From Acidimicrobiales bacterium (GTDB lineage Bacteria; Actinomycetota; Acidimicrobiia; Acidimicrobiales; Iamiaceae), in assembly GCA_038233075.1 (NCBI GenBank), contig JBBSMQ010000001.1:111297-175296 (forward strand): 64,000 nt of DNA, written 5' to 3'. The position numbers and the translations under genes are program-made. Below the pieces are notes generated by a model. That model ran no database searches and had not been told where the DNA came from. It saw only the letters and a program-made list of their open reading frames with translations. Positions 9,676 to 18,266 of the stretch are shown piece by piece. The stretch's first letter is position 1. Every line of letters starts with the position of its first letter.

Positions 9676-10260
9676 CTAGGGGGCCGGGTCGACGGCCCGG
9701 TCGCGGTCGAGCCGGGGCAGGGCGACCCGCCCCGTGCGCTGGAGCTCACGGATGCCAAAGGGTCGCAGCATCTCCTCGAAGTCGTCCACCTTGGTCGGGT
9801 GGCCCTCGAGCGAGACGGTCAGCTCCTCCTGGGTCACGGCCAGGATGCGGCCCTCGAAGATCTGCACCAGCTCGACGACCTGGCCACGGGTGTCAGGGGG
9901 GGCCGAGATGCTGGCCAGCAGCAGCTCACGCTCGACGGAGTGGCGGGGATCGAGCTCGCTGATGTCGACCACGTTGACCAGCTTGTCGAGCTGCTTGACG
10001 ATCTGCTCGAGGGGGGCGGACTCGACGTCGACGACCACGGTGATGCGGCTGAAGTCCTGGTCCTCGGTGGGTGCCACCGCCAGGGAGACGATGTTGTAGG
10101 CCCGACGGGAGAACAGGTTGGCCACCCGGGCCAGCACGCCGGCCCGGTTCTCCACCAGCACCGACAGCACGTGGTTGCGGACCTCCTGGCCCGGCACCAC
10201 GTCGCGGCGGGTCACGGCCGTCCCCTCTCGCGGAGTGCCGCCGGCACTAGTGCCCACCAT
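9676..10260 (-). CDS. ilvN: Acetolactate synthase small (regulatory) subunit
   Basis: ACT-domain signature [33 protein letters not shown]. The ATG at 10260 overlaps the ilvB stop (10247-10249). An alternative GTG lies at 10215. Confidence 0.9.
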   Translation of the reverse strand: MVGTSAGGTPREGTAVTRRDVVPGQEVRNHVLSVLVENRAGVLARVANLFSRRAYNIVSLAVAPTEDQDFSRITVVVDVESAPLEQIVKQLDKLVNVVDISELDPRHSVERELLLASISAPPDTRGQVVELVQIFEGRILAVTQEELTVSLEGHPTKVDDFEEMLRPFGIRELQRTGRVALPRLDRDRAVDPAP

Positions 10261-12022
10261 CGCCGGTGCCGACCCCGTCGCCGGCCTGGAAGGGAGGCAC
10301 CTGGATGTCGTCGTTGGTCTTGCCCGACGGGACCATGGGGAAGACCTTCTCCCTGCTGTCGGTGCGGAACTCGACGACCACGGGCCGATCGTCGACCTCG
10401 TTGGCCTTGTCGATGGCGGGCTGGATCTCGTCGGGCGACTCGACCCGGAGGGCCACGCAGCCCATGGACTCGGCCCAGCGCACGTAGTCGGGGAGGTCGG
10501 GCGACAGGTAGACCTCGGAGTAGCGCTCCTCGTAGAACATCTCCTGCCATTGGCGGACCATGCCCAGGTAGGCGTTGTTGAGGATCGCCACCTTGACGGG
10601 GATGCGCTCGGCCGACGCCGTGACCAGCTCCTGGGCCGTCATCTGGAAGCAGCCGTCGCCGTCGACGGCCCAGACCATGCGGTCGGGCCGACCCACCTTG
10701 GCGCCGATGGCGGCCGGCACCGAGAAGCCCATCGTCCCCAGGCCCCCGGAGTTGACCCAGGTGTAGGGGTGGCGGAACCGCCAGTACTGGCTGGCCCACA
10801 TCTGGTGCTGGCCCACACCGCTGGCCAGGATCGTGTCCTCGGGCACGGAGTCACGCAGGTGCTCGAGGACCATCTGGGGCTTGAGGTGATCGCCGTCCTG
10901 CGGAGCCTCGTAGGCCAGCGGGTAGCGCTCCTGCCAGCCGCTGATGGTCGAGTCCCACGACGTGCGATCCGGCGCCGCCGCTCCCGCCGCCAGCTTCCGC
11001 CGCAGGGTGGCGACCAGCTCGGTGATGATCAGCCGGCAGTCACCGTGAATGGGCACATCCGGACGTCGGACCTTGCCCAGCTCGGCGGCGTCGATGTCGA
11101 CGTGGATGACCTGGGCGTCGGGGGCGAAGCCATCGACCCGGCCGGTGACGCGGTCGTCGAAGCGGGCGCCCAGGGCGACGAGCAGGTCCGAGCGCTGGAT
11201 GGCGGTGACGGCGGTGTAGTTGCCGTGCATGCCCGGCATCCCCAGGCACAGCGGGTGGTCGTCGGGGAAGGCGCCCCGGGCCATGAGCGTGGTGACGACC
11301 CGGATGTCGGTGAGCTCGGCCAGCTCCCGCAGGGCCTCGGCGGCGCGAGCCTTGAGGATGCCTCCGCCCACGTAGAGCACGGGGCGGTGGGCGGCGAGGA
11401 GCAGGTCGGCGGCGGCCTCGACCGCCGCGGGGTCACCGCCGGTGGCGGGCCGGTACCCGGGCAGCGACCGGGCCACCTCCTCGTCGGTGGGCCAGGTCCA
11501 GCTGGTGGCCGACCGCGGGCTCATGGGGTCGACGATGTCCTTGGGGATGTCCACCAGCACGGGTCCGGGCCGCCCGCTGGTGGCCAGGTGGAACGCCTGG
11601 CGGATCACCAGCGGGATGTCGTCGGCCTCGGTGACCAGGAAGTTGTGCTTGGTGACCGACTGGGTGATGCCGGTGATGTCGCACTCCTGGAAGGCATCGG
11701 TGCCGATGGCGGCGGTCGGCACCTGGCCGGTGATGCAGACCATGGGCACCGAGTCCATGTAGGCGTCGGCCAGGGGGGTGACGATGTTGGTCGCCCCCGG
11801 GCCCGAGGTCACCATGGCCACGCCCGGTCGGCCGGTGGCGTGGGCGTAGCCCTCGGCCATGTGGCCCGCGCCCTGCTCGTGGCGGACGAGGAGGGGGCGC
11901 ATCGGCGAGTCCAGCACCGGGTCGTAGACGGGCAGGATGGCGCCGCCCGGCAGGCCGAAGAGCACCTCCACCCCCTCCCCCTCGAGGGCACGGATCAGCG
12001 ACTGGCCTCCGTTCATGTCCAT
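10247..12022 (-). CDS. ilvB: Acetolactate synthase large subunit (ThDP-dependent)
   Basis: 591 aa. N-terminus MDMNGGQSLIRALEGEGVEVLFGLPGGAILPVYD and a ThDP-binding region (GGLGTMGFSVPAAIGAK...DGDGCFQM). Confidence 0.95.
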   Translation of the reverse strand: MDMNGGQSLIRALEGEGVEVLFGLPGGAILPVYDPVLDSPMRPLLVRHEQGAGHMAEGYAHATGRPGVAMVTSGPGATNIVTPLADAYMDSVPMVCITGQVPTAAIGTDAFQECDITGITQSVTKHNFLVTEADDIPLVIRQAFHLATSGRPGPVLVDIPKDIVDPMSPRSATSWTWPTDEEVARSLPGYRPATGGDPAAVEAAADLLLAAHRPVLYVGGGILKARAAEALRELAELTDIRVVTTLMARGAFPDDHPLCLGMPGMHGNYTAVTAIQRSDLLVALGARFDDRVTGRVDGFAPDAQVIHVDIDAAELGKVRRPDVPIHGDCRLIITELVATLRRKLAAGAAAPDRTSWDSTISGWQERYPLAYEAPQDGDHLKPQMVLEHLRDSVPEDTILASGVGQHQMWASQYWRFRHPYTWVNSGGLGTMGFSVPAAIGAKVGRPDRMVWAVDGDGCFQMTAQELVTASAERIPVKVAILNNAYLGMVRQWQEMFYEERYSEVYLSPDLPDYVRWAESMGCVALRVESPDEIQPAIDKANEVDDRPVVVEFRTDSREKVFPMVPSGKTNDDIQVPPFQAGDGVGTGDGGH

Positions 12023-12070
12023 GGCGTCTCGTACTCCTGGTCTCGGGCGGGTGGGGTGGGTGGCGCATGC

Positions 12071-12107
12071 GGGGAAAACGACGACGACCTCCCCGAGGGG
12101 AGGTCGT
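12071..12107 (-). terminator. Intrinsic terminator/attenuator in the ilvB leader
   Basis: The minus-strand RNA reads ACGACCUCCCC-UC-GGGGAGGUCGU, an 11-nt perfect inverted repeat at 12084-12094/12097-12107. It is followed by CGUCGUUUUCCCC. It lies 50-85 nt upstream of the ilvB ATG and is preceded by a 9-bp hairpin AGCGCACGC/GCGUGCGCU (12111-12119/12134-12142). Confidence 0.55.
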
Positions 12108-12142
12108 GGGAGCGCACGCGGATGTCGCCGGCAGCGTGCGCT

Positions 12143-12178
12143 CTAGGGCCCGAGTACGAGGTGGGTGCCGAGGGACAT
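12143..12178 (-). CDS. Putative ilvB leader peptide (11 aa, MSLGTHLVLGP)
   Basis: ATG at 12178-12176 and TAG at 12145-12143. It contains a Leu-Val-Leu run. Its stop abuts the first leader hairpin, the expected geometry for ribosome-mediated attenuation of branched-chain amino acid operons. Confidence 0.45.
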   Translation of the reverse strand: MSLGTHLVLGP

Positions 12179-12207
12179 CAGCCGCAGTGTCGCGCGGCCG
12201 ACGGGTG

Positions 12208-12240
12208 CCCGTCCACCCACGAGCCCCGTCCACCCACGAG
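12208..12240. repeat. Tandem 16-nt direct repeat upstream of the ilvB leader
   Basis: CCCGTCCACCCACGAG at 12208-12223 and again at 12225-12240, with one base between. On the minus strand it reads CTCGTGGGTGGACGGG. Each copy contains a -35-like GTGGAC. Confidence 0.8.
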
Positions 12241-12376
12241 CTCGGCCGATCCACCCCCAGGTCAGAGGGTCCCTACCGGGCGCGGGTCCCCTCCCCGCTC
12301 CCGCGCCCGGCCGGGCAGGACAGGACTAGGGTCCGGCCCCTCCGAGGTCGTCCCGTCGTCTCCCCGAGGTTCTCAG

Positions 12377-12896
12377 ATGACGCCCGTGTTCCTGGGTCGC
12401 ATCCAGACCCGCATCTTCGTCGCCTTCACGGTCGGCGCCCTCTGGACGTTCCTCATCACACCTTTCCTCCTGATCAACGCCCCGGACCAGGGGGGGCTAC
12501 CGCCTCGCCCTGGCCCTCGACGACATCGACGCCACCAACGGCCTCGTCGCCGCCTACAAGCTCTGCTTCGCCGCCCTGATCATCGTCACCGTGTTCGGCG
12601 CCCTGGTGTGGGAGCCGATCTACCACGGCCTCATGCAGTTCCGGTGGGAGAAGGACTGGCCCGCGTTCTTCAACTTCTGGCAAGTCGTGCCCGAGGGCCT
12701 CACCACCTTCCTGCTGCTGCACGTCAGCTGGCTCAACCCCCTGCCGGACCTCGACGGCGACAAGAGCCAGTTCGTGCCCGTGCTCGCCTACCTGTTCCTG
12801 TTCGCCTCCACCTGGATCGTCACCTGGCTCTTCGCCAACGGGCCGATGAAGGTCTTCTTCCTGCGCTGGCGCTTCGACGGCGGCCAGCTCGTCTGA
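12377..12896 (+). pseudogene. Membrane protein of unknown function, reading frame broken at a G7 homopolymer (12490-12496)
   Basis: ATG at 12377 with GAGG 7 nt upstream gives MTPVFLGRIQTRIFVAFTVGALWTFLITPFLLINAPDQGG. After the G7 run the sensible frame shifts to YRLALALDDIDATNGLVAAYKLCFAALIIVTVFGALVWEPIYHGLMQFRWEKDWPAFF...(track ORF 12591..12896). With six Gs it would be one 172-aa ORF. Confidence 0.55.
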
Positions 12897-12905
12897 CGAG
12901 GACCC

Positions 12906-13706
12906 ATGGACCGCATCGCTGACTACGAGCTCATCCGGCCCCTCGGCGACGACGGCTTCGGCAGCTACCACCTGGCCGCCACCCCGGCCCGCCTCGGCAT
13001 CGCCGCCGACCAGGTGGCGGTGAAGGTGCTCCAGGTGGGTTCGGGCGACGATGCGTTCCACCGCCTCATCCGCGAGCTGCGCACCTTCGCCAAGGTGCGC
13101 AGCGCCCACCTGGTCACTCTCTACGACGCGGGCCAGGAGTCGGGACGCTGCTACTACGCCATGGAGTACTGCCCCCTCGGGTCTCTGGCCCACCCGGCCC
13201 GGGACCTGAGCCGCCGGGACCAGATCGAAGCCGTGGCCGACGCGGCGCGGGCGGCCCACGACCTGCACGAGGCGGGCATCGCCCACCGCGCCATCAAGCC
13301 CTCGAACATCCTCCTCACCGCCGACGGGGCCAAGCTCTCCGACCTCGGCCTGGTCCAGCTGCTGGCCCCGGGCCAGACCATCACCGGGTTGGGCGCGGTC
13401 GGCTCCGCGGAGTACCTGGACCCGGCGATCATGCGGGGCGAGAGGGCCTCGCGCTCGACCGACATCTGGGCCCTCGGGGTCACCCTCCACCGGGTGCTCA
13501 CCGGCACCGGCATCTACGAGCTCCCCGACCGCGATCCGCTGCTCGCGGTCCACCGGGTGCTCTCGTCGCCCCCCACGCTCGACCCGAGCCTGAGCGACCC
13601 CGAGGCCGAGCTGGTCCGGCGCTGCTTCGACAAGGACCTCTCGGCCCGCTTCGCCACCGCGACCGAGGTGGCCGACGCCCTCGACGCCCTAGGGAGCCCC
13701 TCATGA
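12906..13706 (+). CDS. Ser/Thr protein kinase-fold protein lacking the catalytic Asp (predicted pseudokinase), kinase domain only
   Basis: 266 aa. VAVK lysine, the alphaC Glu (LIRELR), DLG and DIWALG are present. The catalytic loop reads HRAIKPSN instead of HRD. The Gly-loop is GDDGFG. The APE motif is replaced by YLDPA. Confidence 0.85.
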   Translation: MDRIADYELIRPLGDDGFGSYHLAATPARLGIAADQVAVKVLQVGSGDDAFHRLIRELRTFAKVRSAHLVTLYDAGQESGRCYYAMEYCPLGSLAHPARDLSRRDQIEAVADAARAAHDLHEAGIAHRAIKPSNILLTADGAKLSDLGLVQLLAPGQTITGLGAVGSAEYLDPAIMRGERASRSTDIWALGVTLHRVLTGTGIYELPDRDPLLAVHRVLSSPPTLDPSLSDPEAELVRRCFDKDLSARFATATEVADALDALGSPS

Positions 13707-15268
13707 ACCTCGCCGATGCCCGGCTCGCTCCCTCCCCCGGCGCCGACGGGCTGGTGGCCCGCACCAGCGGCGCGGTCCTCTTCGTCGCCGCCCGCACCCC
13801 CGTCACCGAGGTCGCCCGACTGGTCGAGGCCGTCACCGCGGCCGATGATCCCGCCCCCGGCCGTCACCTGGCCCGCGCCCTGGCCACCCTCGTCGGCTCG
13901 GACACGGGTGCGCTCCCCGGCTTCGCCGTGGTCGCGGCATCGACCGGGGGCATCTACGTCAAGGCCTACGGACCAGTCGAGGTGCGGATCCAGGGCGAGG
14001 GGGGCGAGACGCTGGTCAGCGCGGTGGGCTCGTTCACCGGGCTCGACCGGGAGCTGTCGGGCTCGTTCCACACGATCCTGGCCCACCGGGCCGGGGAGGC
14101 GGCGCCGGTGCCCGCCTTCGACCTCGACGTGCGGGCCGGGACCAGCCCCGGGAGCGGCTTCGCCCTGACCACCCTCACCGGTCCCACCGACGCACCGGCC
14201 CCCGAGCCACCCGCTCCCGCAGCGGAGGCCGCTCCCGCGACCGCCGCCCCTGCCGAGCCGGCGTCCTCCGAGGCCGAGCCCGCCGTCCCCGATGCACCGG
14301 CGTCCGACGACGATGACGCCGAGGCACCGCCGCCCACCGCCGCGCCCCTCGACCCGGAGCCGGCCGGGCTCGACGCCACCCAGGCGTGGAGTGCCGACGA
14401 CGTGGCCGCCGCCACCAGCCCGACGGGACCGGTGGACGCCGCTTCACCGGGGGCCGACCCGGCCCCGGCCCCGCCCGCGGCGGATGAGGGGTCGGCCGTC
14501 GGTTCGCCGTGGGCCGAGGAGCCCATCACCGCCCCTGCGGCCGAGCCAACCGGGTTCACCCCCTCACCCGAGGGTGCCTCCGCTATCGGTGCCGCGGAGC
14601 AGGAGCCAAGGGACGAGCCCCGCCGGGATGGGGCGCCACCCCAGCACGAGCCCGCCACCCTGCCCCCCACCGCACTGGCGGGCTTCACCTCCCAGCTGCT
14701 CGGTGCCCTCGACGAGGAGGAGGTCCCCGAGCGCGAGCCGTTGCCGGTGGACCTGAACCCGGGCGAGGTCCGGGCCCCCGACCAGTCCACCCACGAGATC
14801 ATGGTCCAGGGGGTGCTGTGCTCCCGGGGCCACTTCAACGACCCGCGGTCGCGCTACTGCTCATCGTGTGGCATCTCCATGGTCCAGAACACCCAGGTCC
14901 TCACCCCCGGACCCCGACCGCCGCTGGGCGTGCTCGTCTTCGAGGACGGGGCCACCTTCTCCCTGGCCCAGGACTACGTGGTCGGGCGCCAGCCCGAGGT
15001 CAGCGAGGCCGTGCAGCAGGGCCTGGCCCTGCCCCTGCCGGTGGACGACCCGGAACGGTCGATCTCCCGGGCCCACGCCGAGCTGCGCCTGGTCGACTGG
15101 GACGTCCACCTCATCAACCTGTCGGCCACCAACGGCTCGTTCGTGTGGGACGAGCACCAGCGCCAGTGGGTTCCCATCCCCACCGGCCAGTCGGTCCTGC
15201 TCGCCGCGGGCATGCGGGTGGCCCTGGGCCGACGCTCCGCCGTCTTCGAGTCCAGCCTGGCGCGCTGA
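13703..15268 (+). CDS. Zinc-ribbon and FHA domain-containing protein
   Basis: ATGA overlap with the preceding gene. It has an N-terminal domain of about 160 aa, then a Pro/Ala/Glu/Asp low-complexity linker of about 190 aa. A Cys4-type ribbon follows (CSRGHFNDPRSRYCSSCG), then a C-terminal FHA domain (YVVGRQ...SISRAHAELRL...LINLSATNGSFV). Confidence 0.85.
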   Translation: MNLADARLAPSPGADGLVARTSGAVLFVAARTPVTEVARLVEAVTAADDPAPGRHLARALATLVGSDTGALPGFAVVAASTGGIYVKAYGPVEVRIQGEGGETLVSAVGSFTGLDRELSGSFHTILAHRAGEAAPVPAFDLDVRAGTSPGSGFALTTLTGPTDAPAPEPPAPAAEAAPATAAPAEPASSEAEPAVPDAPASDDDDAEAPPPTAAPLDPEPAGLDATQAWSADDVAAATSPTGPVDAASPGADPAPAPPAADEGSAVGSPWAEEPITAPAAEPTGFTPSPEGASAIGAAEQEPRDEPRRDGAPPQHEPATLPPTALAGFTSQLLGALDEEEVPEREPLPVDLNPGEVRAPDQSTHEIMVQGVLCSRGHFNDPRSRYCSSCGISMVQNTQVLTPGPRPPLGVLVFEDGATFSLAQDYVVGRQPEVSEAVQQGLALPLPVDDPERSISRAHAELRLVDWDVHLINLSATNGSFVWDEHQRQWVPIPTGQSVLLAAGMRVALGRRSAVFESSLAR

Positions 15269-15440
15269 GCCCCCAGCCCGATCGGGCTCCAACGCCGCCC
15301 GATTCGGTTGGAATCGGGATGGTGGGATTGCTACCCGTGAAGGTGAGCGAGAGGGTGTCGTCGAGGGCGGACCTCGCCGGGCGACACCCTGGGACCCGGC
15401 CGGGCCCGGCTGCGCCGCAGGGCTGCTCTAGGGTCCGGCT

Positions 15441-16415
15441 GTGCCTGTCGTCGCGCCCACACCCGGCCCCGACGGCACCGTCCTCTCCGCCGTCGGGGTG
15501 GTGAAGAGCTGGGGCTCGACCCTCGCCCTGGCGGGCGCCGACGTCACCGTCGGCCCAGGGGTGACGGGCCTGCTGGGAGCCAACGGGTCGGGCAAGACCA
15601 CCCTCTTCGGCCTCCTGCTCGGGCTGCACCCACCCGACGAGGGTCAGATCCAGGTCCTGGGCCTCGACCCCACCACTGCCGGGCCCGAGGTCCGGGCCCG
15701 GGTCGGCTACTCCCCCGAGCACCACTCGCTGCCCCCCGACGTCAAGGCCGTCGACCTGGTCCGTCACGTGGCCGAGTGCCACGGCCTGCCCCGCCGGGAG
15801 GCGACGGGACGGGCCTCGGACGTGCTGTGGCAGGTGGGCCTGGGCGAGGAGCGGGTGCGTCCGCTCGGCACCCTGTCCACCGGCCAGCGCCAGCGGGTGA
15901 AGCTGGCCCAGGCCATCGTCCACGACCCGGTGCTGGTGCTGCTCGACGAACCCACCGAGGGCCTCGACCCCGTCCAGCGCGACGACATGCTCGCCCTCAT
16001 CCGGCGCGTGGGCCACGACTTCGGCATCCACGTGGTGCTCTCCAGCCACGTGCTCGACGAGGTCGAGCGGGTCGCCGACGCCGCCGTGATCCTCCACGCC
16101 GGTCAGGTGGTGAGCAGTGGCGCCCTCGCCGACCTCCAGACGTCGGGCACCGGCGGCGTCGTGGTCGAGGTGGTCGGGGACCCGGCCCCGCTGCTGACCG
16201 CTGTGGTCGACCGGGGCCTGACCGCCACCGAGACGGGCGTCCGAGTCGTGGTGGAGGGGGGGCCGGAGGTCTTCGATGTCGTGCGCGACCTGTTGGCCGA
16301 TTTGATGCTTCCCGTCCGGCGCCTGGAGCCTCGGCGTCGGAGCCTGGAGGAGGTGTTCCTGTCCTCGGGGCTCACCGGCGGCCAGGCCGACCCGATGGGG
16401 AGCAGTGGTGGCTGA
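15441..16415 (+). CDS. ABC transporter ATP-binding protein
   Basis: Walker A GANGSGKTT, signature LSTGQRQR and Walker B VLVLLDEPTEGLD. GTG start at 15441. Confidence 0.9.
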   Translation: MPVVAPTPGPDGTVLSAVGVVKSWGSTLALAGADVTVGPGVTGLLGANGSGKTTLFGLLLGLHPPDEGQIQVLGLDPTTAGPEVRARVGYSPEHHSLPPDVKAVDLVRHVAECHGLPRREATGRASDVLWQVGLGEERVRPLGTLSTGQRQRVKLAQAIVHDPVLVLLDEPTEGLDPVQRDDMLALIRRVGHDFGIHVVLSSHVLDEVERVADAAVILHAGQVVSSGALADLQTSGTGGVVVEVVGDPAPLLTAVVDRGLTATETGVRVVVEGGPEVFDVVRDLLADLMLPVRRLEPRRRSLEEVFLSSGLTGGQADPMGSSGG

Positions 16416-17295
16416 CGCGTCGCCAGCCGGTCGCCCGGCCCGCATCCTGGACCGCGGCTACCGCACCTACAGCGGCCCGCGCCAGGGCGTCCGCGGCGCC
16501 ATGGCGACCCTGGGCCGCCACAGCGGCCAGCGCGCCCTGGGACTGCGCCGCTCGGCCTGGGCCAAGGTCCTCCCCCTTGCCTCCGTGGCCATCTCCTACG
16601 TGCCCGCCATCGTGTTCATCGGCCTCGTCGCCCTCCTCCCCGAAGAGGACGTCGTCACCATCGAGCTGCCGTCCTACGGCGACTACTTCTTCTTCATCCA
16701 GGCCGCCCTCACCCTGTTCGTGGCCTTCGTGGGGCCCGAGGTCCTGTGCCCGGACCGCAGGACGGGGATGTTGGGCATCTACCTGGCCTCCCCGCTCACC
16801 CGCGACACCTACCTGGTGGCCAAGGCCGCCATCACCTTCGCCATCCTCAGCCTGATCACGGTGGGCCCACCGCTGCTGATGCTCATCGCCTACGTGATCC
16901 AGGGCGTGGGCCCCGATGGCCCCGCCGGCGTGGCCGGGACGCTGGCGCGCATCGTCGCCGCCGGGGCAGTGCTGAGCGCGCTCTACACCGCGGTGTCGAT
17001 GGGCGTGTCCTCCCTCACCGACCGCAAGGCCTTCGCCACCGCCGCCCTGCTCCTGGTGGTCGTGGTGCCCTCGTTGTTCATCACGGTGCTGGTCGAGGCC
17101 ATCGGAGCCCCCGAGGGCCTCTACTCCCTGAGCCTGCTCGTCGGACCCTTCACCCTGGTGCAGCTGATCCACGGCGAGGCGACCCCGAACGTCGCCCTCA
17201 CCCTGCCCACCGCCCTCGCCGGCGCCGCCGCCCTGACCGTCCTCGGCACGGTGGTGTGCCGGGTCCGCTACCAGCTCCTCCAGGTCACCCGGTGA
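16405..17295 (+). CDS. ABC-2-type transporter permease
   Basis: 296-aa polytopic membrane ORF. It overlaps the upstream ATPase stop by 11 nt and the downstream ATPase start by 4 nt (GTGA). Confidence 0.75.
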   Translation: MVADASPAGRPARILDRGYRTYSGPRQGVRGAMATLGRHSGQRALGLRRSAWAKVLPLASVAISYVPAIVFIGLVALLPEEDVVTIELPSYGDYFFFIQAALTLFVAFVGPEVLCPDRRTGMLGIYLASPLTRDTYLVAKAAITFAILSLITVGPPLLMLIAYVIQGVGPDGPAGVAGTLARIVAAGAVLSALYTAVSMGVSSLTDRKAFATAALLLVVVVPSLFITVLVEAIGAPEGLYSLSLLVGPFTLVQLIHGEATPNVALTLPTALAGAAALTVLGTVVCRVRYQLLQVTR

Positions 17296-18266
17296 CCGCG
17301 CCGGCCCCCACCACCCCGGCCGATCCGGCCCCGACGGGCCCCGCCTCGACGTCGGCCATGGTCGAGGTGGACGGGTGCACCCGCTGGTTCGGCGACGTCG
17401 TGGCCGTGTCGGAGGTGAGCTTCACCCTGCAGGCCGGCGTCACCGCGCTGCTGGGCCCCAACGGCGCCGGGAAGTCCACCCTCCTCCGCCTGCTCTGCGG
17501 GCTCGTCGCCCCCGCCCGGGGCACCGTCCGGGTGCTGGGGCGCGACCCCCGTCGCGACATCGGGGTCCACCGCGACCTGGGCCTGGTCCCCCAGCAGGAG
17601 ACGGTGTTCGACCGCCTGACCGCGCTCGAGCTGGTGGAGACCTGCGCCCTGCTTCGAGGGATCAGCGAGCCCCGCGACGCGGCGGCCGGCGCCCTCGCCG
17701 CGGTGGAGCTCGATCCGGCCGACCCCCGGCACCTCCCCACCTACTCCCGCGGCATGCGCCAGCGCGTGAAGGTGGCCCAGGCGATCGTCCACGAGCCTGC
17801 GGTCCTCGTCCTCGACGAGCCCCTGACCGGTCTCGACCCCCGCCAGCGCCGCCACATGACCGACCTGTTCCACCGCCTCGGCGACGAGGGCCGCTGCGTG
17901 ATCGTCTCCAGCCACGTGCTGGAGGAGGTGGAGCGGTTCGGGTCCGACGTGCTCGTCATCGTCCAGGGCCGTCTCGCCGCCGAGGGCGACTACCGCGCCA
18001 TCCGCGACCTCATGGACGACCGTCCGCACCGCATCCGGTTGCGCACCGACCGGCCCCACGAGGTTGCGGGGCGGCTGCTGGCGGCGGGGACGGTGCTCGG
18101 CCTCGAGGTCACCGGCGCCGACACCGTCATCGTCGAGACGGACCGGGTCCACGACCTCCGGGGCACGGTGGCGTCGGTCGCCCGCGTCGTCGACGCCCAC
18201 CTGTGGGAGGTCGTGCCCCTCGACGACGACCTGGACTCGGTCTTCCGCTACCTGGTGGGCCGATGA
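17292..18266 (+). CDS. ABC transporter ATP-binding protein (second copy)
   Basis: Track ORF 16746..18266 trimmed to the GTG at 17292 (GTGA overlap). Walker A GPNGAGKST, signature YSRGMRQR and Walker B VLVLDEPLTGLD. Confidence 0.9.
   Translation: MTAPAPTTPADPAPTGPASTSAMVEVDGCTRWFGDVVAVSEVSFTLQAGVTALLGPNGAGKSTLLRLLCGLVAPARGTVRVLGRDPRRDIGVHRDLGLVPQQETVFDRLTALELVETCALLRGISEPRDAAAGALAAVELDPADPRHLPTYSRGMRQRVKVAQAIVHEPAVLVLDEPLTGLDPRQRRHMTDLFHRLGDEGRCVIVSSHVLEEVERFGSDVLVIVQGRLAAEGDYRAIRDLMDDRPHRIRLRTDRPHEVAGRLLAAGTVLGLEVTGADTVIVETDRVHDLRGTVASVARVVDAHLWEVVPLDDDLDSVFRYLVGR

Noticed and set aside
10118-12922. Very long ORFs in the track: 10118..12922 (+, 934 aa), 3879..6203 (+), 1536..3158 (+), 38944..41319 (+), 45860..48583 (+), 3610..5337 (-), 24448..26394 (-) and 53769..55331 (-).
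   Set aside because: All are Arg/Pro/Gly/Ala-rich with no motifs. They lie antisense to, or out of frame with, genes that have clear family signatures (ilvB, ccmC/F, ligA, mnmA, gatB). Long stop-free alternate frames are expected in very GC-rich DNA.
15269-15440. Palindrome GCCCGATCGGGC and reiterated CGAT(C/T)(G/C)GG motifs in the 172-nt gap between the FHA gene and the first ABC ATPase. They were considered as a terminator/operator or a small RNA.
   Set aside because: There are only short, imperfect repeats and no convincing stem-loop with a tail or promoter hexamers. Whether the gap splits the cluster into two transcripts is left as an open question.
15441-18266. Whether either ABC ATPase (15441 or 17292) could be the missing CcmA of the ccm operon.
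   Set aside because: They are more than 10 kb away on the opposite strand. Each is translationally coupled to its own ABC-2-type permease in a different operon. Nothing in the sequence links them to heme export.
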